A DNA stretch of 64,000 bases from an uncultured Kiloniellales bacterium (GTDB lineage Bacteria; Actinomycetota; Acidimicrobiia; Spongiisociales; UBA5794), in contig CAXMSN010000067.1 in the NCBI GenBank assembly GCA_964196275.1, positions 15,399 to 79,398 of the forward strand, in the 5' to 3' direction. Positions 7,865 to 17,633 of the stretch are shown here, in pieces; the first letter of the stretch is position 1, and each line of letters opens with the position of its first letter. Made by a program: the position numbers and the translations under genes. A model generated the notes under the pieces. That model worked only from the letters and a program-made list of their open reading frames with translations. It searched no databases and had not been told where the DNA came from.

Positions 7865-8698
7865 CTACTCGGCTAGAGATTCCTCGGAATCTGGCCGTCT
7901 CCCCCATTCGGAGACGACGATTCCAACCATGATGACCGCGATACCGGCGGCAGCCACCAGCCGTGACTGTGACCTCAGGGACACCGCCAAGGCGTCGTAG
8001 AGATTGCCTATCAAGATCTCCACCTGCGGATCATCCGCGATCCCGATGCTCAGATTCCTCCCACCAGGCACGAGCCATGATGTCGAGAGCGCAGCGAGCG
8101 TCACCGCCGACCCGACCATGACGAGCGAGAACCGCCGCGGACGACTCAGGGACACGATCAGGAAGACCAGAGCGAGGGCGACGATGGCCGCCGCGATCGT
8201 GGTGAAGCGGGCAACCGCGACATAGGGAGATGCGTCTGGGAGTTCGTCTGCATCGATGATGGCGACCGAGTCGAAGAAGTCCGTGGGGATCAGCGCATCG
8301 AGTTCCGGGGCGATCACTCGAAGCGGAGCACGCACGAGATCCTCGATCGAGGTCAGATCGCTCTGAATCGCCCCGTCGTCGCCGTCGATGATCGTTGCAT
8401 GAAGAAGCACGCCCACGTTCGTGAGCACGACCTCGAACTCCGGGGTCTCAAGGATCGCTGCGAACAGCTCGATGAGCGGATCCTCAAGCAGCAGAACGAC
8501 AGGCCTATCGACTGCGAGTTCGTCCACGATGATCTCGGCAACCGCGATACGAGATGACTCCGTCCGCAGGGAAGAGACGGTCGTCTCGACGAACGTCTCG
8601 GTGTCGACGATGTTCCGGTTCACCCAGATGCCCATGTTGACCACGTACAGCATCAGCGCCAGCAGCAACGTTGCGAACACGATGGTCAACCGCCGCAT
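7865..8698 (-). CDS. hypothetical membrane protein
   Basis: I trimmed the 417-aa ORF to ATG-8698 (MRRLTIVFATLLLALMLYVV..). The upstream part is Arg/Cys/Gly-rich low complexity and overlaps the opposite-strand lipoprotein gene. TM segments occur at both ends. Confidence 0.6.
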   Translation of the reverse strand: MRRLTIVFATLLLALMLYVVNMGIWVNRNIVDTETFVETTVSSLRTESSRIAVAEIIVDELAVDRPVVLLLEDPLIELFAAILETPEFEVVLTNVGVLLHATIIDGDDGAIQSDLTSIEDLVRAPLRVIAPELDALIPTDFFDSVAIIDADELPDASPYVAVARFTTIAAAIVALALVFLIVSLSRPRRFSLVMVGSAVTLAALSTSWLVPGGRNLSIGIADDPQVEILIGNLYDALAVSLRSQSRLVAAAGIAVIMVGIVVSEWGRRPDSEESLAE

Positions 8699-8830
8699 GA
8701 TGGCCACGGACTCTCCTTGATCGAATCCGAGACTACCGCCCGCTCGACACCGGTCTTCAGACCGAGTTCGGGAAATCATCCCGTACGTTGGGCTTGTACC
8801 TCGTGGCGCGGTCCGTATCTTGAAATCAAG

Positions 8831-9388
8831 ATGCATGGCACCGTGCGCGTCGCTCTCCTCTTGTTCCTGCTGGCAGGAACCGGCTGCACCACGACCGAAA
8901 CCACCCCCGCAACGACACCCACCAGCATCGCTCCGGTGACGACGGCTGTGCCCGGCACGGTCGTCACCACGACAACATCGACCACGGTCACCACGACCAC
9001 TGCCACCACAACAACAGTTGACCGACTCACAGAGATCGCAGCGATCTTCGAGGACCTCGAGAGACGCCGGCTCCAAGCCATCTTCGACCAGGACGAAGAG
9101 GCGTTCCGTGCCGTCCACGCCAACAAGGAATACCTAGAGGAGAGTCTCGTCGTGCTCGATCTGGCTCAAGTGTCCGATCCGAGTGGCAACTTCCGACAAG
9201 TAGCAATCGCGCTTATAGCCGACGAGGAGGACTGTGTCGCCGCGACTTTGCAACGCGACTACGAGGGGGTGCTCGCTACCGGAGCCGAGACCTCAAAGAC
9301 CTATGTCGCATCCCTCGTGAACGGTGTGTGGGGTCTCGCGTGGGTCGGAGAGGGGTGGGCATGCGACGGGCCGCATCCGCTGTCTTAG
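8831..9388 (+). CDS. lipoprotein with Thr-rich linker
   Basis: Start ATG-8831: 'MHGTVRVALLLFLLAGTGC' (signal peptide plus lipobox Cys), followed by Thr/Pro-rich linkers. Confidence 0.7.
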   Translation: MHGTVRVALLLFLLAGTGCTTTETTPATTPTSIAPVTTAVPGTVVTTTTSTTVTTTTATTTTVDRLTEIAAIFEDLERRRLQAIFDQDEEAFRAVHANKEYLEESLVVLDLAQVSDPSGNFRQVAIALIADEEDCVAATLQRDYEGVLATGAETSKTYVASLVNGVWGLAWVGEGWACDGPHPLS

Positions 9389-10200
9389 CAATCGCCGTAG
9401 CGGGCCTCTGGTTGACTTCGGCCGTGGTGCCCGCACTAGGCGGGGATTGCTGGTTCGACGAAATGGATGGCCAACTCCAGTGCGAGGAATCCGGCGGCGG
9501 GGGAACCCCCTCCGAACAGACACCAGCGCCTACGCCGCGCGTTGGCAAGCGGTACGTCCATCTGACCACCCGGGCTGGTGTTGGCGACTGCTACTACTGG
9601 TCGAATACGGCTGGCGGACTCGATGCGTGGGATTCTGCGAACGATCCGGCGATCATCAACATCGTGCTCCGAACACCCGAGTGCCCGGTGAACGCAGCAC
9701 CGCTCGTGGATGCCGAAGAGACGGCGTGGGCGATTTTCAGATCGTGGCCGCTCGCCGCACCCCAGGTCTCGCTACAGCCAGCCGGTGCAGGCATCACGGG
9801 ACTGCCGACGTACCTCGCAACGCCAACTCCCACTTCCATCTCACACACCGAACTTCTACCCGATGGAAGAACACTCAGGGTGCGTGCGCACATCGAGCAT
9901 CTCGACGTCAGCTGGGGAGACAGTTCGCTTGTGCGGTACCAACCGGCCGGTGCCCTCCCGTTCCCAAGTGGCTCGGTGACGCACACATACCTGCTCAAGA
10001 CGTGCAGCAACGAATACAGGAACAACCACCCATCAGGTGGCCTGTGTCACCCAACACACGACCGGTACCAGATCACGGCGACCTTCTCATGGCTCGCAGA
10101 GTTCACAACAAACGGCGCATGGAACGAACTCGGAACACTGACCCGAACCACCTCCACCAACTACCCCGTAGAAGAAGCCCGCGGCGTCTCGGTCCCGTAG
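9361..10200 (+). CDS. secreted hypothetical protein
   Basis: Start ATG-9361: 'MRRAASAVLAIAVAGLWLTSAVVPALG' (signal peptide). Non-repetitive composition, unlike the overlapping 335-aa Arg/Pro-rich frame. Confidence 0.65.
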   Translation: MRRAASAVLAIAVAGLWLTSAVVPALGGDCWFDEMDGQLQCEESGGGGTPSEQTPAPTPRVGKRYVHLTTRAGVGDCYYWSNTAGGLDAWDSANDPAIINIVLRTPECPVNAAPLVDAEETAWAIFRSWPLAAPQVSLQPAGAGITGLPTYLATPTPTSISHTELLPDGRTLRVRAHIEHLDVSWGDSSLVRYQPAGALPFPSGSVTHTYLLKTCSNEYRNNHPSGGLCHPTHDRYQITATFSWLAEFTTNGAWNELGTLTRTTSTNYPVEEARGVSVP

Positions 10201-10229
10201 AGACGTCTCGACAAGTGCGCAAGCCCCGG

Positions 10230-10327
10230 GATTCCTGGTCTGTCAGCGCGCGCAGCGAAGCGGGTCTGTCGTCTGTTGTGTGTCAGCGAGGTCTGCCGAG
10301 CGGGTCTGAAGCGAGCGCAGCGAGCGC
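10230..10327. repeat. intergenic modular repeat (agcgagcgcagcgagc / ggtctg modules)
   Basis: 'gattcctggtctgtcagcgcgcgcagcgaagcgggtctg..' aligns with 54662..54700, 'gattctggtctgatagcgagcgcagtcagcggatcgga'. It ends in 'gcgagcgcagcgagcgc', a string also found at 56973..56988. Confidence 0.7.
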
Positions 10328-11377
10328 TTAGATCAGATCCTGTTCGCGGATTCCGAAGCTTGGGTGGCGGAGTCTGCAGAGTGCGAGCTTCTCGAGTTGG
10401 CGGATGCGCTCGCGGGTCAGATTGAACTCTTCGCCAATCTCTTCGAGCGTCCGCGGGATTCCGTCGTAGAAGCCATAGCGAAGCGCAAGGATCCGCCCCT
10501 CACGGGTCGGGAGCCTGTCGATCGACTTCCGCAGCGAGTTCGCGATGTCGAGTTCCTCTGTCACCTTGACGGGATCGACGGCATCTTCGTCTTCGATGAA
10601 GTCACCGAGTTGAGCACCGTCCTCACCGATGGGTTGTTCGAGTGAGACCGTGTCGGCAACTGCCAGGGCCAATTCGACCTTCGTCACCTCGACGCCGGCT
10701 TCCTCAGCGATCTCTTCTGGCTTCGGGTCACGTCCGAGTTCGGCTTTGAGAGACGCTTGCGCGGCACGGACCGCAGCGAGCGTGTCATGAAGATGTACAG
10801 GTATGCGGACTGTTCTCGACTTGTCAGCGATCGCTCTTGTGATGGCCTGGCGAATCCACCACGTGGCGTACGTCGAGAATTTGAAACCTTTGCGCCAGTC
10901 GAACTTCTCGACTGCACGGATCAGGCCGAGGTTGCCTTCCTGGATGAGGTCGAGGAAGTCGATGCCAGACGTGTTCGCATACCGCCTTGCGTTTGCGACG
11001 ACCAGCCTGAGGTTCGCTGTAAGGAACGCGTCCTTGGCTTCCATCCCCCGCCGGACCTGACGTCTGAGCAGGATCTCCTCTGACCGCGTCTTGAAGTCGC
11101 CGGTCTCGAGGCGTTCACTGGCGGCCTGACCGCCTTCGATCTTCTGGGCGTAATCGACCTCGTTCTCGGCCGTGAGAAGGTCGAATTGGCCGATGGATGT
11201 GAGGTACTGGGAGACGAGATCGGTGGTGAGTCGCCCCCGGTCATCTGTGAGTTTGGAGCGTTCGCGGTCCTTGAGGCTGCGACTGAGCGTGTCGCGGTCC
11301 ATCCGCTCCTTCGCCTCTTCGCGCTCGCGTTGCGCCTTGTTGACGATGGCCTTTCTCGGCTTTGAACCTGTCGTCAT
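10328..11377 (-). CDS. RNA polymerase sigma-70 factor, group 1/2 (RpoD/SigB-like)
   Basis: 349 aa. Region 2 reads '[43 protein letters not shown]'. Region 4.2 reads '[24 protein letters not shown]'. Confidence 0.93.
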   Translation of the reverse strand: MTTGSKPRKAIVNKAQREREEAKERMDRDTLSRSLKDRERSKLTDDRGRLTTDLVSQYLTSIGQFDLLTAENEVDYAQKIEGGQAASERLETGDFKTRSEEILLRRQVRRGMEAKDAFLTANLRLVVANARRYANTSGIDFLDLIQEGNLGLIRAVEKFDWRKGFKFSTYATWWIRQAITRAIADKSRTVRIPVHLHDTLAAVRAAQASLKAELGRDPKPEEIAEEAGVEVTKVELALAVADTVSLEQPIGEDGAQLGDFIEDEDAVDPVKVTEELDIANSLRKSIDRLPTREGRILALRYGFYDGIPRTLEEIGEEFNLTRERIRQLEKLALCRLRHPSFGIREQDLI

Positions 11378-11720
11378 CCAACACCCTCCACCAACGTCGA
11401 CGGGAATCCCCCGCGGGCAACGAGATCAGAAGTTTCGAAACACTCGGATCCGCCCGACCAAGGCGTGCTACCCAATATCACACAGGCTCTCCCGTTTGTG
11501 AACCCACTATCTCCTCGGCGGAAGGTATCGAACCCAGCGGATTACCGGCACGTGGGGCTGGCAGAAGACGTCAGACCACAGACCACAGAGATCCGAAGCC
11601 CGAAGTCCGACCAGAGGAGGCAGGCGAGCGAACACGGCTTAAGGAACTGTTCACCTCGGAATCGGAACGTTTGGTCACAGGGTGCAGTTTCATCTGTGAG
11701 GACACCTCGACACGGGAAGA

Positions 11721-12404
11721 TTGGGAGTGGAAGTGAACTGGATCAAAACACATGCGCGCATCGCCGCCGGAGTCGCCGCCGCCGGACTCGCAGGGCTTGT
11801 CTTTCTCGTCGTGTGGTTTCAACCTCAGACGGCGTTCATCGACGACGTCGTAAACGACACGATCCCCGTCGTGGCATCTGAACAGCTGGCTTCAAGCGAC
11901 GACGGAGGTCAGACGACGGACGACGGAACAGAGGCAGAGTCGGAAACACCGCAGGCCGATCCTGCCGAGCCGGATGAGCTGGAAGAAGAGATGGGTGACG
12001 AGATGGAGGATGCGGAGGAGGCTGTAACCGAGCCCGCTGCCGGCGAGGTACCGCCGTCCTTCCCGCTCACCCTCGGCGAGGGAGCCTTCATCGACTTGGC
12101 GCACACAGGCACCGGAGCCGTCAAGGTCATCGAACTCGAGGACGGAACTCGCATTCTGAGATTCGAGGACCTCGACGTGCTCAACGGCCCCGACCTGCGG
12201 GTCATCCTGTCACCGTCAGCGCTCGTTGAAGACGACGGCGCATACGACGACGGAGTGTTCTTCGACCTTGGTCCACTGAAGGGGAATAAGGGAAACCAGA
12301 ACTACGAGATCCCGCCAGAGATCGACCTCGACGACTTCGCAACGGTCGCCATCTGGTGCCGCAGGTTCAACGTATCGTTCAACGCGGCTCCGATCGGATC
12401 CTGA
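11721..12404 (+). CDS. DM13-domain protein, membrane-anchored with acidic linker
   Basis: 227 aa with an N-terminal TM. The C-terminal region reads '..GAVKVIELEDGTRILRFEDLDVLNGPDLRVILS..GNKGNQNYEIP..ATVAIWCRRFNVSFNAAPI', the typical DM13 pattern. Confidence 0.75.
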   Translation: MGVEVNWIKTHARIAAGVAAAGLAGLVFLVVWFQPQTAFIDDVVNDTIPVVASEQLASSDDGGQTTDDGTEAESETPQADPAEPDELEEEMGDEMEDAEEAVTEPAAGEVPPSFPLTLGEGAFIDLAHTGTGAVKVIELEDGTRILRFEDLDVLNGPDLRVILSPSALVEDDGAYDDGVFFDLGPLKGNKGNQNYEIPPEIDLDDFATVAIWCRRFNVSFNAAPIGS

Positions 12405-12468
12405 CAGAGGACCACAGGCCTCAAACCTCAGACCATGCGCGTAGGATTGGGGCACCGAGGAGGTAGAT

Positions 12469-13509
12469 GTGGATCGGGAGAAGACGCTTGCATTCATCGA
12501 TCAGTTCACTGCAATGGCTGCTGGTGCTACGACGATCGGCCTCCTCGCCGTAGCAGACCGAACAGGGCTGCTCAGGTCCATGGCACGAAAGCCAGCCCGA
12601 ACCGTTGACGCGATCGCGGTGGATGCAGGACTCGATCGCCGGTACACCCGTGAGATTCTCTCCGGACTCGTCGCGGCCGGCGTGATCGACTACTCACCGG
12701 CCGATGCCACGTTCGAGCTGAGCGACGAGCACGCCACCGTCCTGGCCGACGATTCTTCTCCGTACTCGATGACGGGTTGGCTCGACATGCTTCCTGCCGC
12801 CCTCGACCACACGGATGAGATCGCTGCCGTCGCGACCAGTGGCGGAGGCGTCCCCTTCTCCTCATATGGGGACCGGATGGTGCGAGGCATAGATCGAGCC
12901 AGCACACCGTCGACGACGATCCTGCTCACGCGGAGATGGCTGCCGACCATGCCCGACGTGGTGGAGCGACTGGCCGCCGGAGGGCGGATCGCGGACGTCG
13001 GCTGCGGTTCAGGGTCCGCCGTCAGAGCAATGGCTCTTGCCTATCCCGATGCACTCGTCGTCGGCTTCGACATCGACGGACCGTCAATCGAGCGGGCGAT
13101 CGCTGGCACATCCGAGTCGAACGCATCATTTATCGTTGGCAGCTCAGATGCGATGACAGACCACGGACCGTTCGACCTGGTGACGCTCTTCGACGTTGTC
13201 CATGACCTTGCAGACCCGCTGGGTGTGCTGCACCAGGTCCGCGAATCTCTGTCCGGCGACGGAGTCATGCTCATGATGGAGCCGAGGATCGCCGCCGACC
13301 TTGAGGACAACATCAACGATCGCGCGGCTCTGCTGTACGGGATCTCGACGTTCCACTGCATGACCCAGTCGCTCGCCCACGACGGAGCAGGCCTCGGCGC
13401 AGCCTGGGGACCGGCAGCTGCCGAAGAACTCTGCCGCGCCGCAGGCTTCACGTCGTTCGAGGAGCTACCCATCGAGAACCCGTTCTCAGCGTTCTTTCGC
13501 GTCGAGTAG
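12469..13509 (+). CDS. class I SAM-dependent methyltransferase with N-terminal winged-helix dimerisation domain
   Basis: 346 aa with a GTG start after GAGGAGG. SAM motif 'IADVGCGSGSAVRAMA..VVGFDID'. Confidence 0.85.
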   Translation: MDREKTLAFIDQFTAMAAGATTIGLLAVADRTGLLRSMARKPARTVDAIAVDAGLDRRYTREILSGLVAAGVIDYSPADATFELSDEHATVLADDSSPYSMTGWLDMLPAALDHTDEIAAVATSGGGVPFSSYGDRMVRGIDRASTPSTTILLTRRWLPTMPDVVERLAAGGRIADVGCGSGSAVRAMALAYPDALVVGFDIDGPSIERAIAGTSESNASFIVGSSDAMTDHGPFDLVTLFDVVHDLADPLGVLHQVRESLSGDGVMLMMEPRIAADLEDNINDRAALLYGISTFHCMTQSLAHDGAGLGAAWGPAAAEELCRAAGFTSFEELPIENPFSAFFRVE

Positions 13510-13599
13510 TCCCAGCCAGGATCGGAGTTCGGTTCTCGCCTCCGGGTTGATCTCCCCAAATCCCAGTGGTTATTGGGGTTCGCCGTATCCTTTCGAACC

Positions 13600-14634
13600 A
13601 TGACACAGACCTCGTCGAGCCTCCCTGTTTGCATCCATTGCGGCACTCCCAGACCAGCAGATGAGACCCAATGTCCGTCGTGCGGGAAGCCGTGGATCGA
13701 CGTTCTCGTCGCGGACGTGCCGCCCGTCGTGCCGCCTGTTGTGCCGCCTGCCGAGCCCGCTGCTGCACCGGTCAATGCAGCCGTCGCTGCCGCAGCCACA
13801 GCCGAGCTGGTCACGGGCGATGACGACCCACCCCTGTCGCCACACGACACAGGCGAATTCGGACTCGACGAATGGACGCTGCCACCCGAGCCACCGAAGA
13901 ATCGACCGCTCTGGCTGATTCCCGTTGTTCTCGTCTTTGCCGTCTTGGGATTCTGGGCGTACGTTTACTACGCCGACTCAGGGACATCAACAACGACCGT
14001 CGTCGCTGAACCATCGACGTCAACGTCCACTGCACCATCTGCCACAACCACAGTGGCAGCACTGGCGACCGAATCGACGACTACCACCGCTCCGCCAACG
14101 ACCACGACGACGCTCCCCTATCCATCTGCCGCAGCATGGGAAGAGTCAGGTCAGGGGATCTCGACGGCCCTCCTCAAGATGAAGGCCTCTGGGCTCGGCC
14201 CGATTGACATCGGCAGCTCACTCGCCGACGTGAGCGGCCAGCTCGTAGCGAGTCTCGGCCCGGCGGAGTCAGCGGGCGACGCCGACTTGTGCCAGCCTGA
14301 AGAGGCGTACTGGCTGCAGTGGGGACCGCTGAGAGTGATCTTCGACGGATGGGAGCCCACCTCCACCTTCGTCGGCTACCAATACGCCGAAGCCGATGCA
14401 GGCGAGACGAACGTCCCACTCACGACCCTGTCCGGGCTACGACTCGCAGATACCGTCGCTGAACTACAGGCGACCTACAACTTCTACACGGTGACCTTCG
14501 AGGTCATCGAAGGCCAGGACTATTTCCGCCTGGTCGACGGCGGGGAGCTATTGCTGTGGGGCCCTGTCTCAAGTACCGACCCCACCGGTACAGTTCTCGG
14601 GATCTACTCACCGTCGCCTTGCCCGGCGAGCTGA
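13600..14634 (+). CDS. zinc-ribbon / TM / Thr-rich linker protein with conserved extracytoplasmic C-terminal domain ('domain X')
   Basis: Start ATG-13600: 'MTQTSSSLPVCIHCGTPRPADETQCPSCGKPW' (CxxC..CxxC). It has one TM ('LWLIPVVLVFAVLGFWAYVYY'). The C-terminal domain is paralogous to that of 16668..17594. Confidence 0.75.
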   Translation: MTQTSSSLPVCIHCGTPRPADETQCPSCGKPWIDVLVADVPPVVPPVVPPAEPAAAPVNAAVAAAATAELVTGDDDPPLSPHDTGEFGLDEWTLPPEPPKNRPLWLIPVVLVFAVLGFWAYVYYADSGTSTTTVVAEPSTSTSTAPSATTTVAALATESTTTTAPPTTTTTLPYPSAAAWEESGQGISTALLKMKASGLGPIDIGSSLADVSGQLVASLGPAESAGDADLCQPEEAYWLQWGPLRVIFDGWEPTSTFVGYQYAEADAGETNVPLTTLSGLRLADTVAELQATYNFYTVTFEVIEGQDYFRLVDGGELLLWGPVSSTDPTGTVLGIYSPSPCPAS

Positions 14635-14671
14635 GACCGCTGCCGACACAAACCATGACTGAGACAGAGCG

Positions 14672-16639
14672 ATGACCGACACCGCAGAACCAGTACCAGC
14701 GAAACGGCCAAGGCGTAGATTCCTGACGGCCGCCAACTTCGCATTCGCTGCGACCTCGATCGTGATATTCATCGTCATCGCGTACGCGACCCGATCGAAC
14801 ATCGGAGTTATCGGTGCCGCGATGATCGGCACAACAGCTGGCGCTGTCGTGTGGTGGGTGAGCACATCTATGGCTACACGGAAGCGGAAGAAAGAGTCGC
14901 TTGGCGATGTGCCGCTACTCGGCGCGATCCCGGCGCATGACGCAGCGTCCGCACCGGCCCTTGGCGACTCAGATACCTCCGGGGCATATGCAAAGGTCGC
15001 TGCTGCACTTGAGGGAGAGACCAACGGACGTGTGCTTCTCGTTGGCTCGGCAGAACCACGTCAGGGCGCTACGACCGTTGCGATGAACCTGGCGATCTCG
15101 GCAGCCAAGTCCGGGCGCCGGATCGTTCTCATTGATGGCGATGCCGACCAGTCCGGCGTCTCCCGGTTCATGGCGTCAGGTGTGTCGCCAGGGATCACCG
15201 ACATCGCCACAGGAGAAGCCACCATCTCGGACGCGGCACGCATGTGGGCCGTCGATGACAAGACCATGTTGCCAGTCGTCCCTTCAGGCGAGCCGATCAC
15301 CGACGTCGTGAGTCTTGGCGGCATCCATCTTTCGGACGCCGTCGAAGCGATGGCCGAGCGAGCCGACGTCATCCTCATCGATGTGCCGCCTGCGATGACC
15401 TCTGAAGCCACGAAGCATCTGGCCGCTCACGCGGACGGCACGATCCTCGTCGTTGCCAAGGACGCCGATGCTGGGGTCGTGGCAGAGGCGGAAGCCAAGT
15501 TCTCAGACATCGGCGCGCCGGTTCTCGCCTACGTCGCGATCGGGGCAGACAAACTGCTAACACCGCTTGCGATGCTGTGGAAACCGATTGCGTTGCGGGT
15601 AGCGGTCGGCTCCATCGTGCTCCTTGCCGTCTTCACTGCCATCACGGGGGCCCAACTTCTCGATTCCTGGAACCGCATCGAGCGAGCGGAGTTCGATCTC
15701 TCCGATGCCAGAGCGATCCTCTCCGACGGCGCCATCACGACCACAACTACGACCGTCGACACCAGTCCCTCGACGACAGCCGCTGATCCGACAGGAACGA
15801 CGACGACAACACCGCTCGTTGAACTCCCGGACGAGCCCTATCGCACAATTCTCCTGATCGGGGGAGACGAAGACTCCGGCGCTAGCGATGTGATCCTGTA
15901 CCTCGTCATGCCGACCAACGGAGCAGCCCCGTTCATGATGTCGTTCCCGCGAGATCTCTACGTCGATAACCCGTGTGCCGGTGGAAAGAGCAGGATCAAC
16001 TCCCTGTCACACGGATGTCGGAGGAAGGGCATCAATGGAGGAACGCTCCTCTCGGTTCAGGTTTCCGAGATGACCGGTATCGATGTCGACCATTTCGCAG
16101 AATTCACCTTTGATGGATTCGCAGACATCATCGACACGGTCGGCGGCGTGGAGATCTGCGTCGGTGAGTATGACGTGCGCGACTTCCCCGAGGCGAAACT
16201 CGAGTTGCCTGCAGGGTGCAATATCGCCACGGGCACCGAGGCCCTGTCGTGGGTCCGGTCTCGGCACACGCAGATCTTCAAGGATGGCAGTTGGCGCAGC
16301 ATGCCTGGCGCTGGTGACCTCATGAGAAATGTCCGCCAACAGGACGTCCTGTTCGCGATGGCAACGAAACTCAAAGCCTTCGACTCGCCGCAACAGTTGA
16401 CTCAAACCGTCTCGAGTGTCGCCGATACGTTCATCCTGAGCGACACGCTCGACCTTCCTCGCGCGGTCAGCCTTGCCTGGCTAATACGCAGCCTCGATCT
16501 GGAGGACATCAATCGCCTCGTGATCCCGGTAAGACTCACCAGGTCGCCGAACGACCAGTCGATTCTCAAGGCGAACGTGACGATCAAGGAAGTGATCGCC
16601 GCGGTGTACGGCGACACGCTCCCGCTCGAAGTTCGGTAG
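14672..16639 (+). CDS. membrane protein fusing a BY-kinase/ParA-like P-loop domain (degenerate Walker A) to an extracytoplasmic LytR-CpsA-Psr (LCP) domain
   Basis: 655 aa. After two N-terminal TMs comes 'VLLVGSAEPRQGATTVAMNLAISAAKSGRRIVLIDGDADQ' and 'DVILIDVPP'. A third TM and a Thr-rich linker follow. The LCP motifs are 'ILLIGGDEDSGASDVILYLVM..SFPRDLYV', 'DHFAEFTFDGFADIIDTVGGVEI' and 'ALSWVRSRH'. Confidence 0.85.
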   Translation: MTDTAEPVPAKRPRRRFLTAANFAFAATSIVIFIVIAYATRSNIGVIGAAMIGTTAGAVVWWVSTSMATRKRKKESLGDVPLLGAIPAHDAASAPALGDSDTSGAYAKVAAALEGETNGRVLLVGSAEPRQGATTVAMNLAISAAKSGRRIVLIDGDADQSGVSRFMASGVSPGITDIATGEATISDAARMWAVDDKTMLPVVPSGEPITDVVSLGGIHLSDAVEAMAERADVILIDVPPAMTSEATKHLAAHADGTILVVAKDADAGVVAEAEAKFSDIGAPVLAYVAIGADKLLTPLAMLWKPIALRVAVGSIVLLAVFTAITGAQLLDSWNRIERAEFDLSDARAILSDGAITTTTTTVDTSPSTTAADPTGTTTTTPLVELPDEPYRTILLIGGDEDSGASDVILYLVMPTNGAAPFMMSFPRDLYVDNPCAGGKSRINSLSHGCRRKGINGGTLLSVQVSEMTGIDVDHFAEFTFDGFADIIDTVGGVEICVGEYDVRDFPEAKLELPAGCNIATGTEALSWVRSRHTQIFKDGSWRSMPGAGDLMRNVRQQDVLFAMATKLKAFDSPQQLTQTVSSVADTFILSDTLDLPRAVSLAWLIRSLDLEDINRLVIPVRLTRSPNDQSILKANVTIKEVIAAVYGDTLPLEVR

Positions 16640-16667
16640 AGCCGATGGTCAGCGTGGTCGGGACACA

Positions 16668-17594
16668 GTGTCATACAATGGCACGAACGGCAAGAGGACA
16701 CCAGCGGTGAGCGACCCACGCGACCCAACTCAAAACCCACCTGGGTGGACCGATCCATATTCGGATCTGGTCGACACCGGCGGCGTCCCACCTCTGGTGC
16801 CAGGGCAGCCTCAAACAAGTCCAAACGGCCAGCCTCCAGGCTCACCACTCCTTACCGGCCTGATCATCGGTCTGCTCCTTGTGGCTCTCTCCGTCGCTGT
16901 GTTCCAACTGTTCGGAGCCGAAGACGATGGAACAGCTGCTGGAACGACGACCACCACCACAGAGGGGACCTCAACCACCACCACAGAGGGGACCTCAACC
17001 ACGACGTCGTCAACGACCACGCTGCCAAGCACAGATCCTTACCCACCCGTCGAACCACCGATCCTCGCCGAGGACTTCAAGCTGATGACAGACGGCCTGA
17101 GGATCAACGACAACGACATCAAGGATCTCATCTTCGGAACGGAGGCAGACCTTGCAGTCGGACGCCTCGTGGCGTCGTTCGGACCTGCCACCCAGGACAC
17201 GGGATGGCAGACATCCACGGGGCAGTACGGCGTCTGCGCCGGAGACCTCGAGCGAGTCGTCATATTCGATACATTCGCTGCCATCGTCACGAAGTCCGGT
17301 GGGCAGGAGATCTTCAACGGCTACCGCAACGACCTCACCTCTGGCGGCGGACTCGGCACGGATCCCGCTTCGATTGAGACGCTCAGCGGCCTCGTCATCG
17401 GAGACACGGTCGAAACGATGCAGACCATCTACGAAAGCCAGCGAGTCGTCTTCGGAACCGATCCGAAGCTTGGTCCGATCTACGAAGTGAATAGCGCGGC
17501 ATCCGGTATCCAGCTCCTCTGGGGCCCCGTCGAAGGCGAGGACAATACCGACAGGGTCATCGGGATCTACGCCCCAGATGTCTGCAATCGATAG
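16668..17594 (+). CDS. Pro-rich / TM / Thr-rich linker protein with 'domain X' (paralogue of 13600..14634 C-terminus)
   Basis: 308 aa with a GTG start and one TM ('LLTGLIIGLLLVALSVAVFQLF'). It contains a 'TTTTTEGTSTTTTEGTSTTT' tandem duplication. Its C-terminus shares 'LVASxGPA', 'TLSGLxxxDTVxxxQxxY', 'LLWGPV' and 'GIYxPxxC' with 13600..14634. Confidence 0.75.
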   Translation: MSYNGTNGKRTPAVSDPRDPTQNPPGWTDPYSDLVDTGGVPPLVPGQPQTSPNGQPPGSPLLTGLIIGLLLVALSVAVFQLFGAEDDGTAAGTTTTTTEGTSTTTTEGTSTTTSSTTTLPSTDPYPPVEPPILAEDFKLMTDGLRINDNDIKDLIFGTEADLAVGRLVASFGPATQDTGWQTSTGQYGVCAGDLERVVIFDTFAAIVTKSGGQEIFNGYRNDLTSGGGLGTDPASIETLSGLVIGDTVETMQTIYESQRVVFGTDPKLGPIYEVNSAASGIQLLWGPVEGEDNTDRVIGIYAPDVCNR

Positions 17595-17633
17595 GGAAAC
17601 ATCGATGACCGTGATGCAAGTAGAGTTCCGCCC

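Noticed and set aside
7865-9118. Full 417-aa version of the minus-strand ORF
   Set aside because: The N-terminal 140 aa are Cys/Arg/Gly low-complexity and lie antisense to the well-supported lipoprotein gene 8831..9388. I kept only 7865..8698, starting at MRRLTIVF.
9324-10331. 335-aa + strand ORF overlapping the 9361..10200 gene in another frame
   Set aside because: Its composition is Arg/Pro/Gly/Ser-rich and low-complexity, typical of off-frame ORFs in high-GC DNA. The 9361 frame has a signal peptide and balanced composition.
11521-11545. tRNA-like 'ggtatcgaaccc' string suggesting a minus-strand tRNA T-arm
   Set aside because: The flanking bases do not form a 5-bp T stem or an acceptor stem, and there is no anticodon arm. 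I consider it a chance resemblance.
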